Shown here: one piece after another, positions 28,951 through 38,418 of the stretch
How positions within the stretch are numbered: position 1 is the stretch's first letter
Layout: each line of letters starts with the position of its first letter
Source: a virus
IMG/VR virus record: IMGVR_UViG_3300027704_003324
Span: 75,241-139,240 of that record
Reading direction: 5' to 3' (one strand)
Length of the DNA: 64,000 nt
Notes under the pieces: generated by a model
Databases searched by the model: none
What the model saw: the letters and a program-made list of their open reading frames with translations, nothing else
Told to the model about the DNA's origin: nothing
Translations under genes and position numbers: made by a program

Positions 28951-29499
28951 TTACTTTTTAATTATTTTATTAATAGGAAACATTTTACCTAACTCTACTT
29001 TTAAAGCTCCGTATGTAAATTCAAATAAATCACTAATTAATTCGTTATTTACTTTATTCTTAGTCTCCGTACTTTCACTTATTATTACTTTTTCGTTTTC
29101 AATTACATCTTTATATTTAGTAATTTCATCTCCATTATCGTCAAAGCTGATATAGGGTTTAGACTTTATTACTTCCCTATCTTCGTATTTTGGAATTGAA
29201 ACTTCCTGTAATTCTGCAACTTTGATTCTGAATTGATTAGGAATATTGATTTCTTGTCCTTCATCGTCTTTATCTTTATAGTAAATAATTTTAGATCCTA
29301 TAAGACCTTCAGCATTCTTTAAGTCGTCTTCCAGGTACTCCCTGTTAAACTCTTGTGCTCTCTTATAATCTAACCACGTTGTAGTAGTTATCAATACTTC
29401 AGATGTTACCTTATTGAAACGATAATTATCTATCCTAACATAAGCTTGCTCTGTAGGGCCACTACTTGTTTCTAAATCTATATTTAATATAAAACCCAT
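28951..29499 (-). CDS. Hypothetical protein, possible fibre assembly chaperone
   Basis: 182-aa ORF immediately downstream of the long fibre gene. Confidence 0.55.
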   Translation of the reverse strand: MGFILNIDLETSSGPTEQAYVRIDNYRFNKVTSEVLITTTTWLDYKRAQEFNREYLEDDLKNAEGLIGSKIIYYKDKDDEGQEINIPNQFRIKVAELQEVSIPKYEDREVIKSKPYISFDDNGDEITKYKDVIENEKVIISESTETKNKVNNELISDLFEFTYGALKVELGKMFPINKIIKK

Positions 29500-29507
29500 T
29501 CTATCCT

Positions 29508-32500
29508 TTATTTGTTTTCTAATTTTTCTACTTTAGCAGATAATTCTTTTACTGCTTCAATTAATAAACCTGTAATTTGTGCATAGTTAACAGACTTCAT
29601 ACCTTCGTCGTCAGTTAATACTAATTCTGGAAGTATTGCTTCTAATTCTTGTGCTACAACTCCAATTGATCTGCTGTTATCAGCTATCCTAGTAAATTCT
29701 ACACCTCTAAGAGCTTTTGTTTTGTCTAATGCTCCATCGATCGTTACGATATCTTTTTTAAGTCTTTCATCAGAGTAAGCAGTAATGTCACTATCAGCTA
29801 CTATTCTACCACTAACGTCTATACCTGAAGTATCTACTCTTAGTCTCTCAGTACCGTTTACTACTGTTCTAGTCCAAGCATTGTTAGAAAACTGAATATA
29901 GTCGCCTGAATTTAATCCTACGTGCGTAAGACCGTCTCTTAAATCTGCTTCAATACTAAATGCATTAGTGCCAGATAAATCAAGTCCTGCTCCAGCAGAA
30001 TAAGTTGTGTTCGTATCTGTATTAGTTGTATAAGAAGGTAATCCAAATGTACCATCATGTTTTAAGAAATGTCCACTTGTTCCTGCGGTTGGTACATGTC
30101 CATTATTACCACTCCCAATTTTAGTTCTTATTTGGGCTGCAGTATTCTGAGTGTTTGTATTTGTATTAGTTGTATAAGAAGGTATTCCAAATGTACCATC
30201 ATGCTTTAAGAAGTGTCCTGCTGTTCCTATTGATGGTACAACTCCGCTGTTACCAGTCCCTACTTTAGTTCTTATTTGGGCTGCAGTATTCTGAGTGTTT
30301 GTATTTGTATTAGTTGTATAAGAAGGTAATCCAAAAGTACCGTCATGCTTTAAGAAATGACCTGCTGTACCTGCAGTTGGTACGTGACCGTTATTACCAC
30401 TTCCAATTTTAGTTCTTATTGCTGCTGCATCATTCTGAGTGTTAGTATCTGTTGATGTAATAACACCTGTTGAACTATTGTATGATGAATTACCAGTTGC
30501 AGATATCTTGCCTCTAACTTGTGCTGTAGATAATTGAGTGTTAGTATCAGTATACGATGTTATGTATCCTGCACTATTTGCAATTTGACTGTTATCTGTT
30601 ATAATATCATCTGTTAAAGCAAGTGTTCCGCTTGCATTTGGTAATTTGATTGATCTATCAGCAGTTGGGTTTATAGCAACTAAGGTAGTTTCATTAGCAT
30701 CTGCTGTTGCTCCTTCAAATACTACTCCATTAGAAGTTTCGATTACAGATACGTTATTAGTAGTTGTAGTACCTGCTACAGTTAAGTTACCAGGAATTGT
30801 TACGGTATCTGTTGAATCACCAATTGATACTGCATTACTGCCAAATGAACTACCTAATCTTGTTTTAAGATTTGCAACTGAAACATCATCGTTTGTATCT
30901 GTATTGGTATCTGTTGAACTAATTGTTCCATCTGACGCTATTGATACGTTAGTACCTCCAGTAAATAAACCTATAACATAGTTATCAGACAATTGTGTGT
31001 TAGTATCTGTTGAAGTAATTACTCCTGTTGAATTATTGTATGATGAATTGCCGCTAGCTGATATCTTGCCTCTAACTTGTGCTGTAGATAATTGAGTGTT
31101 AGTATCAGTATTGGTATCAACAGAATTAATTTTAATAGTATTAGCTGCGTCATCAAATACTACAGTAGTGTTCGTTCCATTTATCCATTGTCCAGCTGCT
31201 AAGTCTCTAATTTCTTCATCAGAACGTTGAGTGTTAGTATCTGTGTTAGTATCAGTAGAAGATATTTCTCCATTAGTAATACTTACATTAGCTCCTGCTG
31301 TGAATTTACCTCTTACATCTGCTGTAGATAGTTGAGTGTTTGTATCGGTAGAGCTTATTGTTCCATCTGATCCTAGGGTTACATTAGTACCTCCAGAAAA
31401 TAATCCTATAACATAGTTATCAGATAATTGAGTGTTTGTATTTGTTGAAGTAATAACACCTGTTGAACTATTGTATGATGAATTACCAGTTGCAGATATC
31501 TTGCCTCTAACTTGTGCTGTAGATAGTTGAGTGTTGGTATCAGTTTTAATGTACCCCATCGCTGCAATTTGTGCATCACTTAACTGTGTATTCGTATTGG
31601 TTACTGTATTAGTAATAACACCTGTTGAATTGTTATAAGATATTCCAGTTCCAGCTGATACTTTACCTCTTACATCTGCTGTAGATAGCTGGGTGTTTGT
31701 ATCAGTTTTAATATATCCAAATGCTGCAATCTGAGCATCACTTAGCTGGGTGTTGGTATTTGTAACTGTATTAGTAATTACCCCTGTCGAACTATTATAA
31801 GATATACCTGTACCAGCTGATACTTTCCCTCTTACATCTCCTGTAGATAGTTGAGTGTTTGTATCTGTAGACGTAATAACCCCTGTTGAAGAGTTATACT
31901 GAGCGTTACCAGTAGCTGATATTTTACTTCTAACTTCTGCAGTTGATAATTGAGTGTTAGTAAAAGATGTTATATATCCTGAACTGTTAGAAATTTGATT
32001 GTTATCAGTTATAATGTCACTTGTTAAAGCAAGTGTTCCGCTTGCATTTGGTAATTTGATTGATCTATCAGCAGTTGGATTTTGTGCTATTAAAGTAGTT
32101 TCATTAGCATCTGCTGTTGTTCCTTCAAATACTACTCCATTAGAAGTTTCGATTACAGCTACATTATTAGTAGTTGTTGTTCCTGCTATTGTTAAGTTAC
32201 CAGGTATGCTAATAGTATCGTTTGCATCTCCAAATGTAGCACTACCTAATGATGCAGCTAAAGCTGATTTAACATTAGTTGTGTCTGTAACATCAGCCGA
32301 AGCTTCAATTGCATTTAATTTAGAATGGTCTGTATCTGTAAATACATTTGAGTCAGATGCCGCTTCAACTGCACTTCTTACTTGTGCATTATTTAGTTGT
32401 GTATTAGTATTCGTTACTGTATTAGTTATAGCTCCTGTTGTACTATTATAAGATATACCGGTACCTGCAGATAGTTTAGATCTTACTTGTGAATCACTTA

Positions 32501-34559
32501 ATTGAGTGTTAGTATCTGTTGATGTAATAACACCGGTTGAACTATTATACTGTGAATTGCCACTAGCTGATATTTTTCCTCTTACATCTGCCGTTGATAA
32601 CTGAGTGTTAGTGGTAGTATCGGTAGAACTTATTGTTCCGTCAGCAGCAATTTGTACGTTAGTTCCTGCTGTTAATGCACTTACTACGTTTACAGTATCT
32701 GTTACGTCTGCTGAAGCTTCTATTGCGTTTAATTTAGAATGATCTGCATCAGTGAATGTATTTGAATCAGTTGCTGCTTCTACAGCTGCTTTGATTTCAG
32801 CATTTGTTTGATCTGCAGTAGCACTTGCTTCGATTGCATTTAATTTACTATGATCAGCATTAGTAAAGTTGTTCTGTGACAACTCACCATCTTGAATTGA
32901 ATATGTTGTATTATTATCAGTTTGAGTTAGTGCTCCTCCTGCGAAAGATAAACCTCCTGCAAGTGTAATTTCATCTCCATTGTCTATATCTGTTCCTGCT
33001 AAAGTAAATGAATAGTTATTAGCACTATCTTCAATTGCATTTAATTTACTGTGATCAGCATTAGTAAAGCTATTTTGAGATAACTGTCCATCTTGTACTG
33101 AGTATGTTGTATTGGTATCAGTAGAAGATATTTCTCCTCCTGCTGAAATAGCTACGTTAGTTCCTGCTGTTAATGCACTTACTACATTGGCTGTGTCTGT
33201 TACATCAGCTGAAGCTTCTATTGCATTTAATTTAGAATGGTCAGCATTAGTAAAGTTGTTTTGTGACAACTCTCCATCTTGTATTGAATATGTTGTGTTA
33301 GTAAAGGATGTTATGTATCCTGCACCATTCGTAATTTGATTGTTGTTAGTTATAATGTCACTTGTTAAAGCAATTGTACCACTTGCATTTGGTAAGTTAA
33401 TTGATCTATCAGCAGTTGGGTCTATAGCAACTAAGGTAGTTTCATTAGCATCTGCCGTTGTTCCTTCAAATACAACTCCATTAGATGTCTCTATTACTGC
33501 TACATTGTTAGTAGTTGTAGTACCTGCTACTGTTATACTTCCTGGGAAAGTAATTGTATCTGATGAATCACCAAATGTAGCACTCCCTCCTAAAGAGGCA
33601 TTTAAAGAGCTTTTTACATTAGCTGTGTCTGTTACATCAGCTGAAGCTTCAATTGCATTTAATTTAGAATGATCTGTATTTGTAAAGTTGTTTTGTGACA
33701 ACTCACCATCTTGTACTGAATATGTTGTATTGGTGTCTGTTCCTGTTATTACCCCTGTTGTACTGTTGTACGATACAGCTCCTGCTCCACTTAATTTGGA
33801 CCTTACTTGTGCTGTTGATAGTTGTGTGTTAGTAGTAGTATCGGTAGAACTTACTGTTCCGTCAGCAGCAATTTGTACATTAGTACCTGCTGTTAGAGCT
33901 CCAACTACGTTTGCAGTATCTGTTACGTCTGCTGAAGCTTCAATACCTGTTAGTTTATTATTTAGTGCTGTTGTAAAGTTTTTCTGTGTTAATCCACCAT
34001 CTCCAACAGTATATGTTGTATTTGTATCTGTGTAGTTACCTGCATGAATATTTGTTCCTCCTTGGTCTGCTGTCCAATCTATATGTTCGTTAGCTTCAAA
34101 GTTTAAAAGAGCATCGTGATTAATCTCTGCGTCTTCCGTTGTTAGTGCATCTCCTGTAAGAGCTAGTCCAGTTCCAGCAGTTAAGTTAGTATCGGATGAG
34201 ATGTCGATACTATTTTTGACTGCCATTGAACCAAGTCCTAATGAAGTTCTAGCTGTTGCACCAGATTCAAGTACAAAGTCGTTTCCGTTACCTATGATAA
34301 AAGCGCCATCTGTAGCAGTCAGTGCTGCTATAGTATCTAGTGTATTATCATGTGCTTGTACGTCTGTACCAATCACCACCCCTAATTGATTTCTAGCTGC
34401 TGATGCAGATCCGGATATAATACCTGTAGGTGTGTTTAGGATGTTTGCATACTCTACTGAATCGGCTGTTAAACCTGTAAAATTACCAATACCGTGAAAA
34501 GACCCGGAAAAGGAACCTGTTATGGATGCGTTGTTTGAAATTGGACTATCTATTCTCAT
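29508..34559 (-). CDS. Long repeat-built tail fibre with C-terminal intramolecular chaperone (peptidase S74)
   Basis: 1683 aa; YSDERLKKDI...GVVAQELE...VNYAQITGLLIEAVKEL; several repeat families joined by DTNT/NTNT. Confidence 0.9.
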   Translation of the reverse strand: MRIDSPISNNASITGSFSGSFHGIGNFTGLTADSVEYANILNTPTGIISGSASAARNQLGVVIGTDVQAHDNTLDTIAALTATDGAFIIGNGNDFVLESGATARTSLGLGSMAVKNSIDISSDTNLTAGTGLALTGDALTTEDAEINHDALLNFEANEHIDWTADQGGTNIHAGNYTDTNTTYTVGDGGLTQKNFTTALNNKLTGIEASADVTDTANVVGALTAGTNVQIAADGTVSSTDTTTNTQLSTAQVRSKLSGAGAVSYNSTTGVITGTDTNTTYSVQDGELSQNNFTNTDHSKLNAIEASADVTDTANVKSSLNASLGGSATFGDSSDTITFPGSITVAGTTTTNNVAVIETSNGVVFEGTTADANETTLVAIDPTADRSINLPNASGTIALTSDIITNNNQITNGAGYITSFTNTTYSIQDGELSQNNFTNADHSKLNAIEASADVTDTANVVSALTAGTNVAISAGGEISSTDTNTTYSVQDGQLSQNSFTNADHSKLNAIEDSANNYSFTLAGTDIDNGDEITLAGGLSFAGGALTQTDNNTTYSIQDGELSQNNFTNADHSKLNAIEASATADQTNAEIKAAVEAATDSNTFTDADHSKLNAIEASADVTDTVNVVSALTAGTNVQIAADGTISSTDTTTNTQLSTADVRGKISASGNSQYNSSTGVITSTDTNTQLSDSQVRSKLSAGTGISYNSTTGAITNTVTNTNTQLNNAQVRSAVEAASDSNVFTDTDHSKLNAIEASADVTDTTNVKSALAASLGSATFGDANDTISIPGNLTIAGTTTTNNVAVIETSNGVVFEGTTADANETTLIAQNPTADRSIKLPNASGTLALTSDIITDNNQISNSSGYITSFTNTQLSTAEVRSKISATGNAQYNSSTGVITSTDTNTQLSTGDVRGKVSAGTGISYNSSTGVITNTVTNTNTQLSDAQIAAFGYIKTDTNTQLSTADVRGKVSAGTGISYNNSTGVITNTVTNTNTQLSDAQIAAMGYIKTDTNTQLSTAQVRGKISATGNSSYNSSTGVITSTNTNTQLSDNYVIGLFSGGTNVTLGSDGTISSTDTNTQLSTADVRGKFTAGANVSITNGEISSTDTNTDTNTQRSDEEIRDLAAGQWINGTNTTVVFDDAANTIKINSVDTNTDTNTQLSTAQVRGKISASGNSSYNNSTGVITSTDTNTQLSDNYVIGLFTGGTNVSIASDGTISSTDTNTDTNDDVSVANLKTRLGSSFGSNAVSIGDSTDTVTIPGNLTVAGTTTTNNVSVIETSNGVVFEGATADANETTLVAINPTADRSIKLPNASGTLALTDDIITDNSQIANSAGYITSYTDTNTQLSTAQVRGKISATGNSSYNSSTGVITSTDTNTQNDAAAIRTKIGSGNNGHVPTAGTAGHFLKHDGTFGLPSYTTNTNTNTQNTAAQIRTKVGTGNSGVVPSIGTAGHFLKHDGTFGIPSYTTNTNTNTQNTAAQIRTKIGSGNNGHVPTAGTSGHFLKHDGTFGLPSYTTNTDTNTTYSAGAGLDLSGTNAFSIEADLRDGLTHVGLNSGDYIQFSNNAWTRTVVNGTERLRVDTSGIDVSGRIVADSDITAYSDERLKKDIVTIDGALDKTKALRGVEFTRIADNSRSIGVVAQELEAILPELVLTDDEGMKSVNYAQITGLLIEAVKELSAKVEKLENK
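30457..31525. repeat. 76-bp perfect direct repeat within the fibre gene (30457-30532 and 31450-31525)
   Basis: Compared by eye; a 57-bp perfect pair also occurs at 30612-30668 and 32022-32078. Confidence 0.8.
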
Positions 34560-34589
34560 CTGTTATTATTGTATGAAATTATTGTTATG

Positions 34590-34597
34590 TATAAATA
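34590..34597 (-). promoter_or_regulatory. TATTTATA putative late promoter (long fibre)
   Basis: ~31 nt upstream of ATG. Confidence 0.6.
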
Positions 34598-34599
34598 TG

Positions 34600-35166
34600 T
34601 TACTTTTTAACTACCACGGTACCATTTAGTGGAGAATTAAAAGTGATTACTACTCTATTATTTGTTGTAGATTCTACGTCTTTTGGTATTACTTGTTTTT
34701 TATTAGTATCGTATACCTGTACTACAGGAAACTCTTCTGATAAGTTATGGTTTATTGTATATTGAGATGCACCAGAAATGGATTCTCTATGAGTGTATAA
34801 TTCTGCAGAGCCAGAAACTATATGACCTCCTTTAGCTACTATTGCTCGTCCTGAGGTAGGATAGTTAAATGTTACATCTACAGTGTTAAGGGTTGTTGTT
34901 GTGATTGTTGAAGGAATAATCACTTGATCGCTAGTATCGTATATTGATACTAAAACGTTTTTGCTATTAAAGTTGTGAGTTACGGTTTTAGATGTTACGT
35001 TAGTAAACGTATCTAGTTTTGTAGCAGTTTCTGCTATGTCCGCTGTTATACCGGTTAACTGTGACCCATTACCTACAAAGCTTGTAGCGGTCAAAGTATT
35101 ATCTACATTAAGATTTGATAGGTTTGCAGACGAGCCGCTTACTATCAGTTTTTTCCAATTTGGCAT
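34600..35166 (-). CDS. Virion/fibre-associated protein, WKKxxVSGS family
   Basis: MPNWKKLIVSGS; two copies of an HN[FL]..V..YD..Q.IP..VTF beta domain. Confidence 0.7.
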   Translation of the reverse strand: MPNWKKLIVSGSSANLSNLNVDNTLTATSFVGNGSQLTGITADIAETATKLDTFTNVTSKTVTHNFNSKNVLVSIYDTSDQVIIPSTITTTTLNTVDVTFNYPTSGRAIVAKGGHIVSGSAELYTHRESISGASQYTINHNLSEEFPVVQVYDTNKKQVIPKDVESTTNNRVVITFNSPLNGTVVVKK

Positions 35167-35241
35167 TTTCTTACTTACATTATGGTTGGTTACTCAAATG
35201 AGCCCACTTCCCTGTTAAAGGCCTATAATAGCTTTAATATA

Positions 35242-35271
35242 AATATACGGTAAATATGTTTACAATGCAAC
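35242..35271 (-). promoter_or_regulatory. Composite promoter GTTG-N18-CGTATATT overlapping TATTTATA (35238-35245)
   Basis: GTTGCATTGTAAACATATTTACCGTATATTTATA. Confidence 0.65.
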
Positions 35272-35273
35272 TT

Positions 35274-35513
35274 TTATTGCTTAATAAGTGCAGAAAGTTT
35301 AGAGAAAATAATAAATGAAGTTTCTAGTTCGACTCCCTTGTAGTCTGCTTGACGCATTTTACTAATAATGAATTGAACTTCCTCAGGAGAAAATATAGTA
35401 GGAGGGGCTTTCAGAGCCGATGTTTTAACAGCTTCTGCTTTTTCCTTTGCTTTTGTATTCTCTACCTTAGCTTCTTTTCCTGTTGTAATTTTACCTTTTG
35501 TAATTAATCCCAT
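35274..35513 (-). CDS. Hypothetical protein
   Basis: Start reassigned to MGLITKG (35513); TATTTATA at 35542-35549 lies ~29 nt upstream. Confidence 0.65.
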   Translation of the reverse strand: MGLITKGKITTGKEAKVENTKAKEKAEAVKTSALKAPPTIFSPEEVQFIISKMRQADYKGVELETSFIIFSKLSALIKQ

Positions 35514-35532
35514 AACTGTTAATTTTAATTTT

Positions 35533-36786
35533 TTAAGCATATATAAATATATTGCCAGTATCTACTTTAACATTACCGTTCTTTTGGTATTCTGATATGT
35601 CACTGTGTCCGGCATCTATATCTACTACTGCTGAAGCAAAGGCTTGAGGAGTTGCTGAGGTTGCTGTTGAGCTTAATGAATTATGAAAACCAAATCTTTC
35701 GGTAGCAGAATCGTATATGTATCCATGGCCATTGCCACTTCCTTCATCTATTACGATACCACCGTCTGCTGTTCCTGCTGATCCAGAGTTTAAAAGAATA
35801 AACTTGTCTTCGATTAATAGGTTAGCTGTAGATATTGTAGTTGTATCTCCCTGTACAATTAAATCACCTGATATTGTTAAGTCTGCAAAGGTTGGAGATG
35901 CTGATGTTACTAGACTTTGGTTAATTGCTTTTACAGCTGCTAAGTTACTTACTTCTGAATCCATTAATGCTCCTGCTGCGGTTACATTAGATGTATTAGC
36001 TGTTAATTTACTATTGTTAGTAGCTATGTTAGACTCCATTGAATCTAAGTTAACTGCTTGAGTTACTGTTATGCTTGATAACTTAGTACCTTGTGCATTT
36101 GAAATAGTTGTAGGTTTGTTTTGAATTGAATCAAAATCTACTTGAGTTGAACCAGATATTAGTGTTGGAATATCTGATATGGTTGAGTACGCTATTGATC
36201 CAGATATAATATGACCACCTTTAGCTACTACTATTCTACCTGATGTTGCTGTAGAAAAGGTTACTGTTACTCTATCGTTTAAGTTTGCTCTTACAGAAGC
36301 AGGTATAATTTGATACCCGTCTGCATCGTAAACTGTTGTATTAATGTTTGGAGAAGAGAAGTTATGTACTACCTCTACTGATGTTTGGTTAGTAAATGTA
36401 CTAGCAAGTGTTGCTGCTTGATCTACTGTTATACCAGATAATTGAGAGCCATTACCTACGAAGGCTGCGGCTGTTACTGTTCCTGTACCGAATGTTACAG
36501 TATTATTTAGTAATGTTGCTTCAACTTGTGCTGAAGATGATATAAGAGTGGGTTTATTTGCTATATCTCCAAAGTCTGTAGATATATTTGCTATGTCTGT
36601 AGCTATAGATGCAGATACTGCATTAAATGATCCAGATATATCAGATGCAATTTCACCAGAGTTGTGTACTACTCCTGTGATGCCTGCTCCACCTCCACTA
36701 AATGATGCGGCTGATAAGCCGTTGTCTACTGTTAATGAATCTAATATAGCTTGTGAACCACTAACAATTATTTTCTTCCAACCCAT
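35533..36786 (-). CDS. Virion/fibre protein, WKKxxVSGS family
   Basis: MGWKKIIVSGS; shares the HNF domain with 34600-35166 and the DKFILLNSGS..GGI.IDEG domain with 36891-38333. Confidence 0.75.
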   Translation of the reverse strand: MGWKKIIVSGSQAILDSLTVDNGLSAASFSGGGAGITGVVHNSGEIASDISGSFNAVSASIATDIANISTDFGDIANKPTLISSSAQVEATLLNNTVTFGTGTVTAAAFVGNGSQLSGITVDQAATLASTFTNQTSVEVVHNFSSPNINTTVYDADGYQIIPASVRANLNDRVTVTFSTATSGRIVVAKGGHIISGSIAYSTISDIPTLISGSTQVDFDSIQNKPTTISNAQGTKLSSITVTQAVNLDSMESNIATNNSKLTANTSNVTAAGALMDSEVSNLAAVKAINQSLVTSASPTFADLTISGDLIVQGDTTTISTANLLIEDKFILLNSGSAGTADGGIVIDEGSGNGHGYIYDSATERFGFHNSLSSTATSATPQAFASAVVDIDAGHSDISEYQKNGNVKVDTGNIFIYA

Positions 36787-36847
36787 GTCTTATTGTATTT
36801 TCTAATGATAATGTTAATCTTAACCTAATTTTTATAATATAATAGTA

Positions 36848-36874
36848 AGGGAGAGGTGGTTAAGTTCTCTCCCT
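36848..36874 (-). terminator. Intergenic hairpin (terminator or processing site)
   Basis: AGGGAGAG-N11-CTCTCCCT inverted repeat; weak U tract. Confidence 0.5.
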
Positions 36875-36890
36875 CATTATTAATAATCTA

Positions 36891-38333
36891 CTATACGTAG
36901 ATAAAGATATCGTCTGAAGAATTTACCTTCATGTTACCTCTTTTGTGGTATTCAGTATCTGCAATGTCGTGGGCTGAGTTATCCTCATCTACTACTAAAG
37001 CAACATATGCTTCATTAGCGGCTGTCCCGTTAACTTTTGAATCTACTGATTGATTAACACCGAATCTTGAATCTGAATTATCAAATACAAAACCGTGTCC
37101 TACTCCGTTTCCTTCATCAATTATAATACCACCTTCATCTGGGTTGGCAGATCCTGAGTTCAATAAGATAAACTTATCTGTTACTGCAAGGTTAGTCGTA
37201 TTAATGTATGTTAAGTCTCCACTAACAGATAAATTACCTGCTACTGTAGCATTTCCTGATAAAGTTAATCCAACGAATGTTGGAGAGTCAGTAGTTTGTA
37301 GACCTAAATCTACATCTGAGTTAACTCCGTTTAGTCCTGATCTCATTGTACCTTGTGAAGGTGCGCTGAAGTTAGAAGCTGAAACGATTCCGTTATCTAA
37401 TGCAAAAGAAACTTTGTTTGCTGATACTGTTGATGCGATACCACTTCCACCTTCGAAAGTTAATGTCTCGCCTCCTGCTACTAAATCTGTAGTTCCTGAA
37501 TCGGCTGCTACATTAAATGAAGTTGCAATAGTATTAGAAGATACACCTGTAATACGTCCTTGTGCATCAACTGTAATTCCTGGTACTACTGTTGTACTAC
37601 CATATGTACCTGGTGTTACTGCTGTATTTGCTAATTTAGCTGCTGTTACTGCATCATCAGCAATTCTATCTGTAACTACTGCACCGTTTGCTATTGTAAG
37701 TGTTCCGGCTCCTGTAACTTCACCTGAGTGAGTTGCATTTGTTAATTTATCACTGTTAGCTGTTATAGCGCTTGCTTGACCTGAACTAATTCCTGTCTTA
37801 GCAGTGTTTGCTGTAATTTCTGCATTGATTGAGTTAGCTAATTTTGCTGCTGTTACTGCATCATCAGCAAGATGTCCTTCTACAATACCGCCAGCTTTTA
37901 CTCTAACTGCTCCTGAACCGTCTGTTGCTGATAATTCAATACTTGAACCATCTACAGTTACTTCTAATTCGTCTGCATTAGCTGTGATACCGTCTCCGCC
38001 AATTACGTTAAGTGTTACGTCGCCTGATGATCCTCCACCAGTAAGTCCTGCTCCTGCTGCAACTCCCGTTACATCACCTGCTGGTACTGATAAGTCTAAT
38101 GTTCCTGCTGCATCGTTATATGTCAAAGTAACAGAACCGTCCGCACTTCCTAACACCGAATTAACTTGATCATCAATAGCCTCATTTAAGCCTGTTACAT
38201 TGCCTGCTGCTACTGAAGCTGCTGCAACGTTTGTTAATCCTGAACCGTTTCCTGTTGTTGTTAAGAAATTAGCATCATTCGCTAATTGGGCTAAACCACT
38301 CCCGGATACGACAATTTTTTTCCATTCTGCCAT
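36891..38333 (-). CDS. Virion/fibre protein, WKKxxVSGS family
   Basis: MAEWKKIVVSGS; DVTGVAAGAGLTGGG, ADDAVTAAKLA x2, VDAQGRIT fibre motifs. Confidence 0.78.
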   Translation of the reverse strand: MAEWKKIVVSGSGLAQLANDANFLTTTGNGSGLTNVAAASVAAGNVTGLNEAIDDQVNSVLGSADGSVTLTYNDAAGTLDLSVPAGDVTGVAAGAGLTGGGSSGDVTLNVIGGDGITANADELEVTVDGSSIELSATDGSGAVRVKAGGIVEGHLADDAVTAAKLANSINAEITANTAKTGISSGQASAITANSDKLTNATHSGEVTGAGTLTIANGAVVTDRIADDAVTAAKLANTAVTPGTYGSTTVVPGITVDAQGRITGVSSNTIATSFNVAADSGTTDLVAGGETLTFEGGSGIASTVSANKVSFALDNGIVSASNFSAPSQGTMRSGLNGVNSDVDLGLQTTDSPTFVGLTLSGNATVAGNLSVSGDLTYINTTNLAVTDKFILLNSGSANPDEGGIIIDEGNGVGHGFVFDNSDSRFGVNQSVDSKVNGTAANEAYVALVVDEDNSAHDIADTEYHKRGNMKVNSSDDIFIYV

Positions 38334-38393
38334 TTTGTTGTAATTATTTTATTGTTATTTGTTAGTAAAAATTTTATGCCTCATGGCACTGTT

Positions 38394-38401
38394 AATAAAT
38401 A
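38394..38401 (-). promoter_or_regulatory. TATTTATT putative late promoter, followed by a GTGCC-ATGA-GGCAT leader hairpin
   Basis: Variant of the recurrent motif. Confidence 0.5.
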
Positions 38402-38418
38402 GGCTATTTAGTTTAATA

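Noticed and set aside
29990-33950. Dense direct repeats that could suggest a CRISPR array or DGR template/variable repeats
   Set aside because: Repeats are in-frame coding units of variable length with no repeat-spacer periodicity; no cas or reverse transcriptase gene and no adenine-specific mismatch pattern noticed
35184-35212. GTGG...AACCA segment loosely like part of a ZTP riboswitch
   Set aside because: The other conserved ZTP elements and pseudoknot partner are absent; kept only as an unexplained leader
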